DNA from: Octopus bimaculoides
Lineage: Eukaryota
Length of the DNA: 40,154 bases
Direction of reading: 5' to 3'
NCBI RefSeq assembly: GCF_001194135.2
Contig: NC_069004.1
Span: forward strand, 19,926,774-19,966,927
Within the stretch, counting starts at the first letter, position 1; every line of letters starts with the position of its first letter. The translations under genes were made by a program, and so were the position numbers. The notes beneath the pieces were generated by a model. That model searched no databases. It saw only the letters and a program-made list of their open reading frames with translations, and was not told where the DNA came from. Below are positions 24,511 to 34,499 of the stretch, piece by piece.

Positions 24511-24722
24511 GGAGTGGCTGTGTGGTAAGTATGAATAGCTTGCTTATCAACCACATGGTTCCGGGTTCAGTCCCAGTGCATGGCACCTTGGTCAAGTGTC
24601 TTCTATTATAGCCTCGGGCCAACAAAAGCCTTGTGAGTGGATTTGGTAGATGGTGTCTGTGTTTGTCCCCTCCACCATTGCTTGACAACCGATGTTAGTG
24701 TGTTTATGTCCCTGTAACTTAG
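24511..24722 (+). mobile_element. SINE with an internal deletion, 3'-truncated by RTE copy E
   Basis: Head GGAGTGGCTGTGTGGTAAG...GGTTCCGGGTTCAGTCCC; stops at CCTGTAACTTAG. Confidence 0.88.
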
Positions 24723-24730
24723 AGGACTTT

Positions 24731-26564
24731 GGTCCCTGTCATTCATCGACTACCTCATCGATGAATGACAGGGACCTTCCCTATGTGGCTGGTGATTTCA
24801 ATGGACATGTTGGACAACATTCAGGGGCTTCCATAGCGTACATGGAGGCTATGGTTTTGGTTCCCGCAACGAGGAGGGAACCAGACTGATGGAGTTCTGT
24901 GATGCAAATGACCTTATGGTCTGCAATACTAACTTCAGGAAGCCTGCCAGTCACCTAGTTACCTACCGTTCTGGCAGGCACACAAGCCAAATTGACTACA
25001 TCCTCACCAGGAAAAGGAAAAGATGGCTGCTTAGAAATGCCAAAACATTCCCAGGCGAAGAATGTACCCCACAACATAGACTAGTAGTTAGTGACTTCAG
25101 GATCATGGCTAAGTGGTTGCCCAGAAGACGACCAGCATGGTGGAGAAGGGTCTGGAAGCTCAATGATCCTGTAAATGGACAGAGATTTAGAGACGTATTA
25201 CTCGAAGCTTTTGACGAAATAGAGGGGGATATAGCATCACATGACGTGGAAGACAACTGGAGGTTTCTACGGAACAACCTGCTGAGGGCTACTGAGTAGA
25301 TCTGTGGATGGTGCAAAGTCCCCTCTCGACCCAAGGTAATGTGGTGGTGGAACAATGTTGTTGACAGGGCATTTATGGAAAAGAAACAGGCTTGGAAGGA
25401 CTGGAAGAATGGTGGTAACAGGGAATTGTATCTGACTGCCAAAAGGGAAGCTAGGAGACAGGTTTATTTAGCCAGTGGGGAAGCAGATAAGAAAAAATTT
25501 GCCAATGTTCTGCACCATAAGGACCAAAGACTTGAGGTATTTCGTGCTGCGAGACAGTATGTGAGAGAGGATCATGATGTCATAAGAGAGAAATGTGTTT
25601 GCATGGATGATGGCTCACTTGCATTAAACGAGGCTGCAAAGAGAGAGGTATGGAGACGCCACTATGAAAGGTGGCTAAATAAAGAGAATGAATGAGAGAA
25701 AGAGAGCCTGCCGAATGCCGACCCAACAGAGGGACCGGATATCTGAATTGACAGTGCCTTGGTAGATAAAGCAATTAAGGGTATGAAGACAGGGAAAGCC
25801 CCCAGTGCATCAGGAATCACTGCAGAGATGCTCAAAATATCTTGCAGTATAGGCTATAGCCTAGTCACCTGTATTGTTAACTAGGTGATACATGAAGGAG
25901 TCATACCCACTGGTGTAGCAGCACCATAGTCAACTGCTACAAACGTAAAGGTGACACATTAGATACAATTAATTACAGAAGTATCAAGCTGTTGGATCAG
26001 GTAATGAAAGTCATGGAGAGGGTCATAGCCCAACTAATTAGGGCGAGGGTCAGTCTAGATGAGATGCAGTTTGGGTTTGTGCCAGGGAAAAACACCACTG
26101 ATGCTATATTTCTGGTAAGACAGCTGCATGAGAAATAGCTAGCCAAAGATTAGCCCCTGTACCTGGCTTTCGTTGACATGGAGAAAGCCTTTGACAGGGT
26201 CCTCCGATCCCTTATCTGGTGGTCAATGAGGAAACTACGGATAGATGACTGGTTAGTGAGAGCTGTGCAAGCCATGTACAGGGATGCTGTCAGTAAGGTG
26301 AGGGTTGGCAACGAATACAGTGAAGAATTCCGGGTAGAGGTAGGGGTCCACCAAGGTTCAGTCTTCAGTCCCCACCTATTTATCATAGTCCTCCAGGCAA
26401 TAACAGAGGAATTCAAGACAAGATGTCCCTGGGAGCTCCTCTAAGCTGATGACCTTGCTGTTATTGCTGAGTCACTATCAGAACTAGAGGAGAAGTTTCA
26501 GGTGTGGGAGCAAGGATTAGAATTGAAGGGCCTTAGAGTCAACCTAGTTAAAACCAAAGTCTTA
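24731..26564 (+). mobile_element. RTE family 1 copy E: APE C-terminal half to mid-RT
   Basis: VAGDFNGHVG, QIDYIL, FVDMEKAFDRV, GVHQGSVFSP, L*ADDL; several stop codons. Confidence 0.93.
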
Positions 26565-27250
26565 TTACACCAATTAAATATGTACTAATTTTATCTTCAT
26601 TATTATTTTAAACTTAAACTTCGTTCAACTTGTATTTAAAACAATGATAATTTAAAACAATGATAATTTATGTAAGATGTTTTTTGTATATAATATACAT
26701 GTTATTATAATGGATGAAGGGATGATTATTGAATGGTTATTATTTTGATATTNNNNNNNNNNNNNNNNNNNNNNNNNNNNNNNNNNNNNNNNNNNNNNNN
26801 NNNNNNNNNNNNNNNNNNNNNNNNNNNNNNNNNNNNNNNNNNNNNNNNNNNNNNNNNNNNNNNNNNNNNNNNNNNNNNNNNNNNNATTTTTGAATAGAAC
26901 TTATTTTCGATAATTTCAATTGATTTTAATCGATTTAAATTTCTTTTCTATTTGAAAATTGGTTATGAAACACGTGTAATCTTTTTATTATATTTATCTT
27001 ATGATATTTACTTTACTTTATATTATACTCATTTATTGTGCTTTTAATTATTAATTTTTCTATATGTGATAGTGGATTTTCAACGATGAGTCCTTGAAAA
27101 TTGGTTATTTTCCCTAAAACTATATATTTTATATATACTTTATCAATAAGGCTCAATTTAATTTTAATTTTTTATAAATTGATTTTAATTGAGTTTTTTA
27201 CCTGTAATTTTGGATTTTGTCCCTAATATTATTATATATATATATATATA
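26565..27250. repeat. AT-rich unclassified repeat-like tract with a gap
   Basis: Very low GC and a local duplication of aaaacaatgataattt; class not determinable. Confidence 0.35.
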
Positions 27251-27256
27251 TAGATA

Positions 27257-27669
27257 TGCTTTTGGTGCAAATGGTTTTCTTATACGACGCCGTATCTTAC
27301 AATCCTGTAAATAATAATAATAATGGTATTTTTATATAACATTAACGTTTATGGCATTCACTGTGCAATGACTAAGGAAAATAGTCTAATAATGAGGCAT
27401 ATAAGCACTTGACAGAAAAAAGGCTTTCCTATCCGTGTGTGAAGGTACCACAATTATTCATGTTAACAAAGGGATGTGGGTTTGCGTCCCATGCAGATGG
27501 GAAAGCCTTCTTTTTTCTGTCGAGGGCTTATATGATCCATTATTCGACTATTTTCGTTAGTCATTGCACGGTGAACGGCATGAGCTTTAAGCTTATATAA
27601 AAATACCATTATTATTATCTACAGGATTGTAAAATACGGCACTGTATAATAAAGCCATTCGCACCGAAA

Positions 27670-27672
<3 letters not shown>
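27257..27672. mobile_element. Fold-back MITE, about 177-bp diverged TIRs, TA-flanked
   Basis: 27257-27433 is the reverse complement of 27496-27672 (about 80% identity by eye); TA on both sides. Confidence 0.8.
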
Positions 27673-27708
<36 letters not shown>

Positions 27709-27709
<1 letters not shown>

Positions 27710-28011
27710 TTACTATAGCCTCAGGATGAACAAAATCTTGAGTGGATTTCTTACTCGGAAACTGAAAGAAGACTGTCGTATATATGTGTATATTTGTATA
27801 TGTGTGTGCCTGTATCTTGGGTTTGTACCCCTACCATTGCTTGACAACTGATGTTGCTGTGTTTACATTCCCGTAACTTAGCGGTTTGGTAAAAGACACT
27901 AACACAATGAGTACTAGGCTTACAAAGAATAAATTCTGTGGTTGATTCCTTCGACCAACGGCGGTGATGCACCATGGCCGCAGTCACATGACAGAAACAA
28001 GTAAAGCAATA
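27709..28011 (+). mobile_element. SINE, 5'-truncated
   Basis: Body and tail match the other copies. Confidence 0.85.
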
Positions 28012-28030
28012 CAATCTATGCCATTTTCAT

Positions 28031-28058
28031 CCCGAGCAAGGCCGGGTATCTCTGCTAG
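28031..28058 (+). mobile_element. Helitron-type 3' terminus
   Basis: CCCG-agcaaggc-CGGG hairpin followed by tatctctgCTAG|T. Confidence 0.65.
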
Positions 28059-28130
28059 TGTATATATAAAGACGAATATATAAACAACAAGCAGGTGTAT
28101 TAGTTTGACACTCAGGAAGGTGAGAAAGTC

Positions 28131-28165
28131 CTTTATGTTTCGAGCCTATGTTCTTCAACAGAAAA
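28131..28165 (-). ncRNA. Decayed minimal type I hammerhead-like motif
   Basis: Minus strand TTTT CTGTTGA A GAAC atag GCTC GAAA CATA AAG; hammerhead topology if CpG decay is assumed; non-canonical core. Confidence 0.4.
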
Positions 28166-28751
28166 GAGCACAAGGAAATAAACAGAGAGAGAGAATAAAA
28201 AACTTTTGGAGTTAGCAGTCAATCATGGTAACTGGTTGGACAAAGGTAGTTAGACAGGAGAGCTAGGAAGAAGGGGAGGTAATAAAGTAGTGGTAATCCC
28301 AAAATGAAGGTGTGCATGCATATGCAAGAGTGTGTAAGTGTGTGCATGTGGATAGGGGCTGGTGGCATTGACATGTGGATGTGTGCGTCTGTAATGTGTG
28401 GGTGTGTGGATGATGGTGTGGGTGCTGGGAAGTGGTTATTGCTAGTGTGTGCGGAGTGTTGTGGGGTAGTGTGATGTGGTATGGTGGTGTGGCAGTGTTG
28501 AAGAAGAACAAAATACAAAAAAATGAACCAGTTCTCTGAGAAGATAGTACATATGTATCTAGCATGCAAAATACAAACCATAGAAGGAAATGTACTTGCT
28601 ACCCATGAAACAAAACTCCGTTGGTGGGAAACTCAGACTTTCCCAGTAGGTAGTCTAGTATATATATATATATATATNNNNNNNNNNNNNNNNNNNNNNN
28701 NNNNNNNNNNNNNNNNNNNNNNNNNNNNNNNNNNNNNNNNNNNNNNNNATA

Positions 28752-29226
28752 TATGATGGCTGTCCACTCATGACCGAGGAAAACTAACTTATATTTTGCA
28801 TTTGCAGGTCCTTAACCTGCTTCCTCCATCTGTGGTGATGATAGGCATTGGTCTTGCAGTCAGTCTCCTGCATATCACAAGCCTTTAGTGAGGACTTGAC
28901 ACAGTCCTTACCTCGCAGCTATGGTTTCTGCTGGGGCCTCTTTCCGTTCACACGTTCCCCATATAGCATCTGCTTAAGGATCCTGCTATCCTTCATTCTA
29001 ATAAGGTGTCCAGTCCAACATACCGGTGCTTGTGCACCATCGCTTCAATACTGTGTACCGTGCATGTGTACTAACATCGCTCCTTTACTCATGTAAGGCA
29101 TGGACCCTTTACAAACGTCATATAAGGGTCCTTGAACACGTTCATCAGAGAAGTCTCAGACATATTCTGAATGTTGGCTGGACCTTAAAAACTCCAGACA
29201 CACAGGTCCTGAGGACAGCTCATATA
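28752..29226 (-). mobile_element. RTE/BovB-like family 2 3' fragment with an inverted 5' segment
   Basis: Minus 29052 to 28752: SIEAMVHKHR/WTGHLIRMKDSRILKQMLYGE. Plus 29053-29226: VYRACVLTSLLYSCKAWTLY...PDTQVLRTAHI. Confidence 0.85.
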
Positions 29227-29409
29227 TATATATATATATATATGTATACATAGAACCTCCTCTAATACTTCCTCTGTTGTGGCAAGACACCAACTTCTGT
29301 CTCTCTGTCTCTTTGTCACGCTCTAACCTTTCATCTTCTGACACAAGTTCCTCTCCTCAAATGTCCTGTCCCTCTCATAATTCCTTGTCTTTTGAGGTAC
29401 TTGGTTACC

Positions 29410-29710
29410 CTGTCAGTGCTGGTGTCACGTTAAAAGCATCCAGTCCACACTGTAATGTGGCTGGTGTTTGGAAGGGCATTCAGCTGTAAAAATCATGCCA
29501 AAATTAACTTCGCCTGTGTGAGCACTTTGTAAAAAGCACTGAGTCCACTCTGCAGAGTGGTTGGTGTTAGGAAGGGCATCCAACAATAAAATCCAGGCCA
29601 AAACAGACATAGTAGCCAAGGGTAGTTTTTATACCTAGCTGGCTCCTGTCAACCGTCCTACCTATGCATGCATGGAAGACAGATGTTAAATGATGATGAT
29701 GATGATGATG
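29410..29710 (+). mobile_element. Non-autonomous RTE-tail-derived repeat ending in (GAT)n
   Basis: Two copies of the GTGG.TGGTGTT.GGAAGGGCAT motif shared with the RTE 3' UTRs; (GAT)n at about 29690-29710. Confidence 0.75.
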
Positions 29711-29789
29711 ACATTGTCCATACACATGTCCTCTAACTGTATGTATCCTTATTGTATCTGTAATAATATTTTTTTCTTTTTTCTCTCTG

Positions 29790-30300
29790 TGTAAGCATAT
29801 AATGTTCTATGATCTTCCACCTGATATCATATGGGATCCTTGATCTTTGAGGTGCCACATATGGCTGGCCAGGGACGCGACAAAAATAGAACATCCACGT
29901 CCATATATTAATGGGCATGGCCATTGCAAAATCTGCATTGTGAAAAGAACCAAAATTCTTAAAGACTATGCTAAGCCTGGCGCATTAAATAATCATAAAG
30001 AAATTTTTTCAAAATGTGTTTATTTCAAGTGTTACCTACTGGAAAACTGATTCTATTCATTTGCTGGTTAGGCTATTGCAAGACTGTAAAGGTTTTTTAT
30101 CCTCTGGTCCGTTCAGAGGAGATAACCCGTCCTCATTAACGTTTTTATAGGTTAGCCATTAAACTTCATTATCCTAGCATTTCCTCATGTCTGTGAGGTA
30201 GAAAGTAAAATTTTGTCTTTGTATAGATGAGCTGATGAGCTGTCCACAAGGCTGTAGTTTTTATGGATATGAAACTATTGATCACTCTATGACAGGAATT
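29790..30300 (+). mobile_element. Penelope-like 3' remnant (GIY-YIG C-terminal region plus 3' UTR)
   Basis: PYINGHGHCKICIVKRTKIL...ALNNHKEIFSKC...YLLEN matches the PLE C-terminal C..C...LN..E..SKC pattern. Confidence 0.7.
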
Positions 30301-30383
30301 TAATTTTTTGCTTCAATACTGCTCTATTCCTCAGAGTATGCTTCTTTTTCTGATATATGTTTTATTGACAATATATATATATA

Positions 30384-30586
30384 TATTCTTTTACTTGTTT
30401 CAGTCATTTGACTGCAGCCATGCTGAAGCAACACCTTCAAGGCTTTTAGTCAAACAAATGACCCAGGACTTATTTCTTAAACCTAGTACTTATTGTATCG
30501 CTTCTTTTGCCGAACTGCTAAGTTACGGAGATGTAAACACACCAATACTGGTTGTCAAATGGTGGTGGTGGTGGTGGGGAACAAGC
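30384..30586 (-). mobile_element. SINE 3' half (remainder probably in the gap)
   Basis: The tail matches the other copies. Confidence 0.85.
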
Positions 30587-31031
30587 NNNNNNNNNNNNNN
30601 NNNNNNNNNNNNNNNNNNNNNNNNNNNNNNNNNNNNNNNNNNNNNNNNNNNNNNNNNNNNNNNNNNNNNNNNNNNNNNNNNNNNNNNNNNNNNNNNNNNN
30701 NNNNNNNNNNNNNNNNNNNNNNNNNNNNNNNNNNNNNNNNNNNNNNNNNNNNNNNNNNNNNNNNNNNNNNNNNNNNNNNNTATATATATATATATATATA
30801 TATATATGAATATATATACATCACTAGATACATTAAGCAAACCCAGTGAATTTCTGTCTCTTTCATTGGATCCTCACTTTATTTTTTCTTGCTGATATTA
30901 TGTCTAAAATCTCGATTTTTTCCATGCTATATGCTAAATAGTAGCTTTCACTTTGTTTGAATATTCTATACGGCCTTTATCTAGGGAATGGGGCAGCCAT
31001 GCTGTTGGTCATTCACAGTGTGCCTGCCAAA

Positions 31032-32250
31032 CCCACCCTCTCCACCTGTACCTGAAGTCTTTCTAGAAGCTCTGTCATAAACCTATACAGAATGCTATCT
31101 CCCTCACTTCCACTGTTGCTATCTCCTGATAAACATGGCAAGTGTGAAGTGAATAAAATGATAAAGTAGAGGCAGTTTGAAATCTATTTGAACTTATATG
31201 ATATGTCTGGGAAATATACATGCGAGCTTCCTTTTCAGATGCAGAATGTTGTCCCCTGTCCCTGTGTCTCCCTGGTCCACACTTTGCACACCCTTAGAGT
31301 TGGCACATTCAATGTTGGCATAGGTAGGTCTGGTGAGATTGTTGAGATACTTGAATGGAAGTGTGTAGATGTGTGTTGCATCCAAGAAGTAAGGTTGAGA
31401 GGAGGTTCTGCTAGGTTCCTCACAGGCAAAGATATAAAATCTTCTGGGTAGGGAACAGTAATGGGGTTATGGGTATGGGCACATTTCTTGCTGAGAAATG
31501 GGTTGATAAGGTTTTCAAGGTAGTCAGAGTGTGTGATAGAATATACACGCTTAGACTAGTGTTGCAAAGTGGAACAGCAACCATTATCTCGGATTATGCC
31601 CCTTGGCCAGCACTACCTGATGAACAGAAAGACTGAATTTATGACACCATTTTGTAGACTACCTCATCAGAAAATGACAGGACCTTCTTTTTGTGTCTGG
31701 CAACTTCAATGGACAAGGTCAGGGTGGCTTTCATGATGTGTATGGTGGTAACAGATTTGGTACTCATAATGAGGAGGGGACCAGGCTGCTGGAGTTTTGT
31801 GATGCAAATGATTTTATGATCTGCAATATTAACTTGAGGAAACCTGCCAGTCATCTGTTCACTCATCAGACTGGTGGGCACACTAATCAGATTGACTACA
31901 TTCTAGCCAGAAAACAGGAAAGGTGACTGCTTATAAATGCCAAAACTTTCCCAAGTGAAGAATGCATCCCTCATCATAGGCTGGTTGTTAGTGACTTCAG
32001 GATCAAGGCTGCCTAGAAGACAACCAGTGTGAAAAAGAAAGGTCTGGAAGCTTAAGGACCCTCTGAATGATCAGAGATTTAGAGACATATTACTTGAAGC
32101 ATTTGACAAAAAGAAGAACAACCGGATATTCTTATGGGACAACATGGTGGTGGAACAGTGCAGTTAACAGGGCCATTAGAGAAAAGAAACAGGTCTGGAA
32201 GTGTATTGGTAGCAGGAGACTGTATCAGATAGCTCGAAGAGAGGCTATAT
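31032..32250 (+). mobile_element. RTE family 1 copy F: 5' UTR plus APE, with an internal deletion near 32130
   Basis: LRVGTFNVG, VCCIQEVR, SGNFNGQ, NQIDYIL; the 5' UTR is homologous to copy A. Confidence 0.9.
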
Positions 32251-32576
32251 ATATANNNNNNNNNNNNNNNNNNNNNNNNNNNNNNNNNNNNNNNNNNNNN
32301 NNNNNNNNNNNNNNNNNNNNNNNNNNNNNNNNNNNNNNNNNNNNNNNNNNNNNNNNNNNNNNNNNNNNNNNNNNNNNNNNNNNNNNNNNNNNNNNNNNNN
32401 NNNNNNNNNNNNNNNNNNNNNNNNNNNNNNNNNNNNNNNNNNNNNNNNNNNNNNNNNNNNNNNNNNNNNNNNNNNNNNNNNNNNNNNNNNNNNNNNNNNN
32501 NNNNNNNNNNNNNNNNNNNNNNNGTGAAACTCAGAGTAACGGTTTTTTTGTTATATTTCTGCTGCTTTTAAATAAA

Positions 32577-32607
<31 letters not shown>

Positions 32608-32608
<1 letters not shown>

Positions 32609-32765
32609 GATGGGCTTCTTTCAGTTTCCATTTACCAAATCTACTCACAAGGCTTTGGTCAGCCTGTGGCTATAGTAGAAGACACTTATCCAAGGTTCCA
32701 CACAGTGGGACAGCACTCGGAACCATGCAGTTGGGAAGCAAGCTTCTTCCCACACAGCCATGCCC
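32608..32765 (-). mobile_element. SINE 5' half
   Basis: The head matches the other copies. Confidence 0.85.
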
Positions 32766-32775
32766 GAAATGTATA

Positions 32776-34018
32776 CACAGATGTGATAGAAGTAAATAGT
32801 CACCCCACAGAACATTGTTTTATGCTTATTCTAACTTGTAAAGGTTTATATTTTTAATAAATTGACATTTTTATGTTTCAGGTTCTGTATGTAACTGTTT
32901 AATCATGCCATGTACAAAAGAAGCCTTGGAACTGTCTGAATTTCAAAGAGGCCGTATTGTGGGTCATTCTGAAGGTGGACATAGCGTAAAATTGCAGAAA
33001 ACCTTGGGATCCTGCTTTCTACAGTTAATAGAGTGATTGTGCAAGTCACCAGAGAGGGGAAGGAGTTCACATCACTTCACCCAGATCAACCAGGGCCCTC
33101 TGACAGGACCCTTCTATTTGTTAAGAGATGTGTGGAGGATAATCATTGTTGCAAGGTCTCTGACATATCAGAACAAGTTGATGTCAGTCCCAGAACAGCT
33201 GTCAGGTATTTCCACAAACTTGATTACTATGGCAGAGTAGCAAGAAGGAAGCTACTTCTTCAACCAGCCAATATCAAGCAGAGAACAGATTGGGCCAGTA
33301 AAATGGTGGAGATGCCACTAGCATTTTGAGGCACTGTCATATTCTCTGATGAGTCCAGATTTGCTGTATTTCCTGATAGTGGTTGAGTGTGGGTCTGGAG
33401 ACTGTGATCAAGAATTTGATGTGAAAAGATTGAAGCAAACAATGAAATGTGGCAGCTATTCTGTGATGGTCTGGGGAGCAATTTAGAACAATGGTTGATC
33501 AGAGCTGGTGGAGTGTGAGGGAAGCATAAACTCAGATAAATATGTGTCCATATTGTAGAAAGGACTCCTTCCAATCTTCTCCAGTGGTGAAATGATTAAG
33601 AAGATTCTTTATTTATGGAAGATGGGGATCCTTGTCACACAGCTAAAATGACCCAAAATTTGTTGGATGAGAATGACATTAAAAAGTTTCCATGGCCAAG
33701 CCACGGAAACAGTCACAAGATATGAACCCTATTGAACACCTCTGGGACATAATGGACAGGACACTTCATAAAAAGAACAAGAAAGCATCTTCAAAGCCAG
33801 ATCATTTTAGATAACTGCATGAAACTTGGCAAGAAATTCCACAAGAGAATATTTGTCATCTGATCAGTAACATGCTTAATAGGATTCTTGCATTGAAAAA
33901 TGCAAAGGGCATGTCAACTAAATATCAAATATTCCCATTATAACAATTAATAAATAAATTGAATGTATAATTTCAGATTTAAATCAATTTTAATGATTAT
34001 AAGACTATCATGTCTGTG
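32776..34018 (+). mobile_element. Tc1 (DD34E-type) transposon, decayed but full length
   Basis: TA|CACAGATGTGATAG ... CTATCATGTCTGTG|TA imperfect 14-bp TIRs; transposase inside. Confidence 0.85.
32905..33930 (+). pseudogene. Tc1 transposase pseudogene
   Basis: MPCTKEALELSEFQRGRIVG (paired-like HTH), VIFSDESRF, FMEDGDPCH, DMNPIEHLWD. Confidence 0.9.
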
Positions 34019-34295
34019 TATATGTATGTGTGTATGTATATATATGTATGTTGTGTGTATGAGCATGTGTGTGTGTGTGGATAAATGTTTATATCTAACT
34101 CTGTCTTCCATTCTCTAGACAACTTGATTTAATTTTATTCTTTCCCCCTAATTAGCTGTACTACTCCTGATTACTAACTATATATTGTTGCTATTATGTT
34201 AAACTGTCATATGTCGAAATTTGGCCAAATGTGTTCTTTTCAATATTTATTTTTGCTTGCAATGGCTGGTTCTTTTGGTCAAACTATCGTATCTT

Positions 34296-34496
34296 CAGAT
34301 GTCAAAAATTGTCCAAAGTGTAGTACAACAGTTTTGCTATGGAATGGTGAAACAATTTTGGTGAAGTGTTTATATCATTGCTATTATGCAAAAGTGTTGT
34401 AAGTCCAAAACATTGCTTTTTCAGAAAACAAAAAAATTGTTTCACCATTCCATAGCAAAACTGTTGTACTACACTTTGGACAATTTTTGACATCTG
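34296..34496. repeat. Perfect 64-bp inverted repeat with a 73-bp spacer
   Basis: 34296-34359 is the exact reverse complement of 34433-34496. Confidence 0.95.
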
Positions 34497-34499
34497 GGT

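Noticed and set aside
30985-31050. HDV-like ribozyme at the RTE copy F 5' end
   Set aside because: Partial P1/P3 resemblance only; no P2 partner or J4/2 could be found.
33346-33356. CTGATGAGTCC hammerhead-like core
   Set aside because: It encodes the SDES motif of the Tc1 transposase and has no matching stem II or GAAA.
33705-33716. About 8-nt insertion in the Tc1 WPSQS motif as an excision footprint
   Set aside because: No duplication or recognisable terminal sequence; treated as an ordinary indel.
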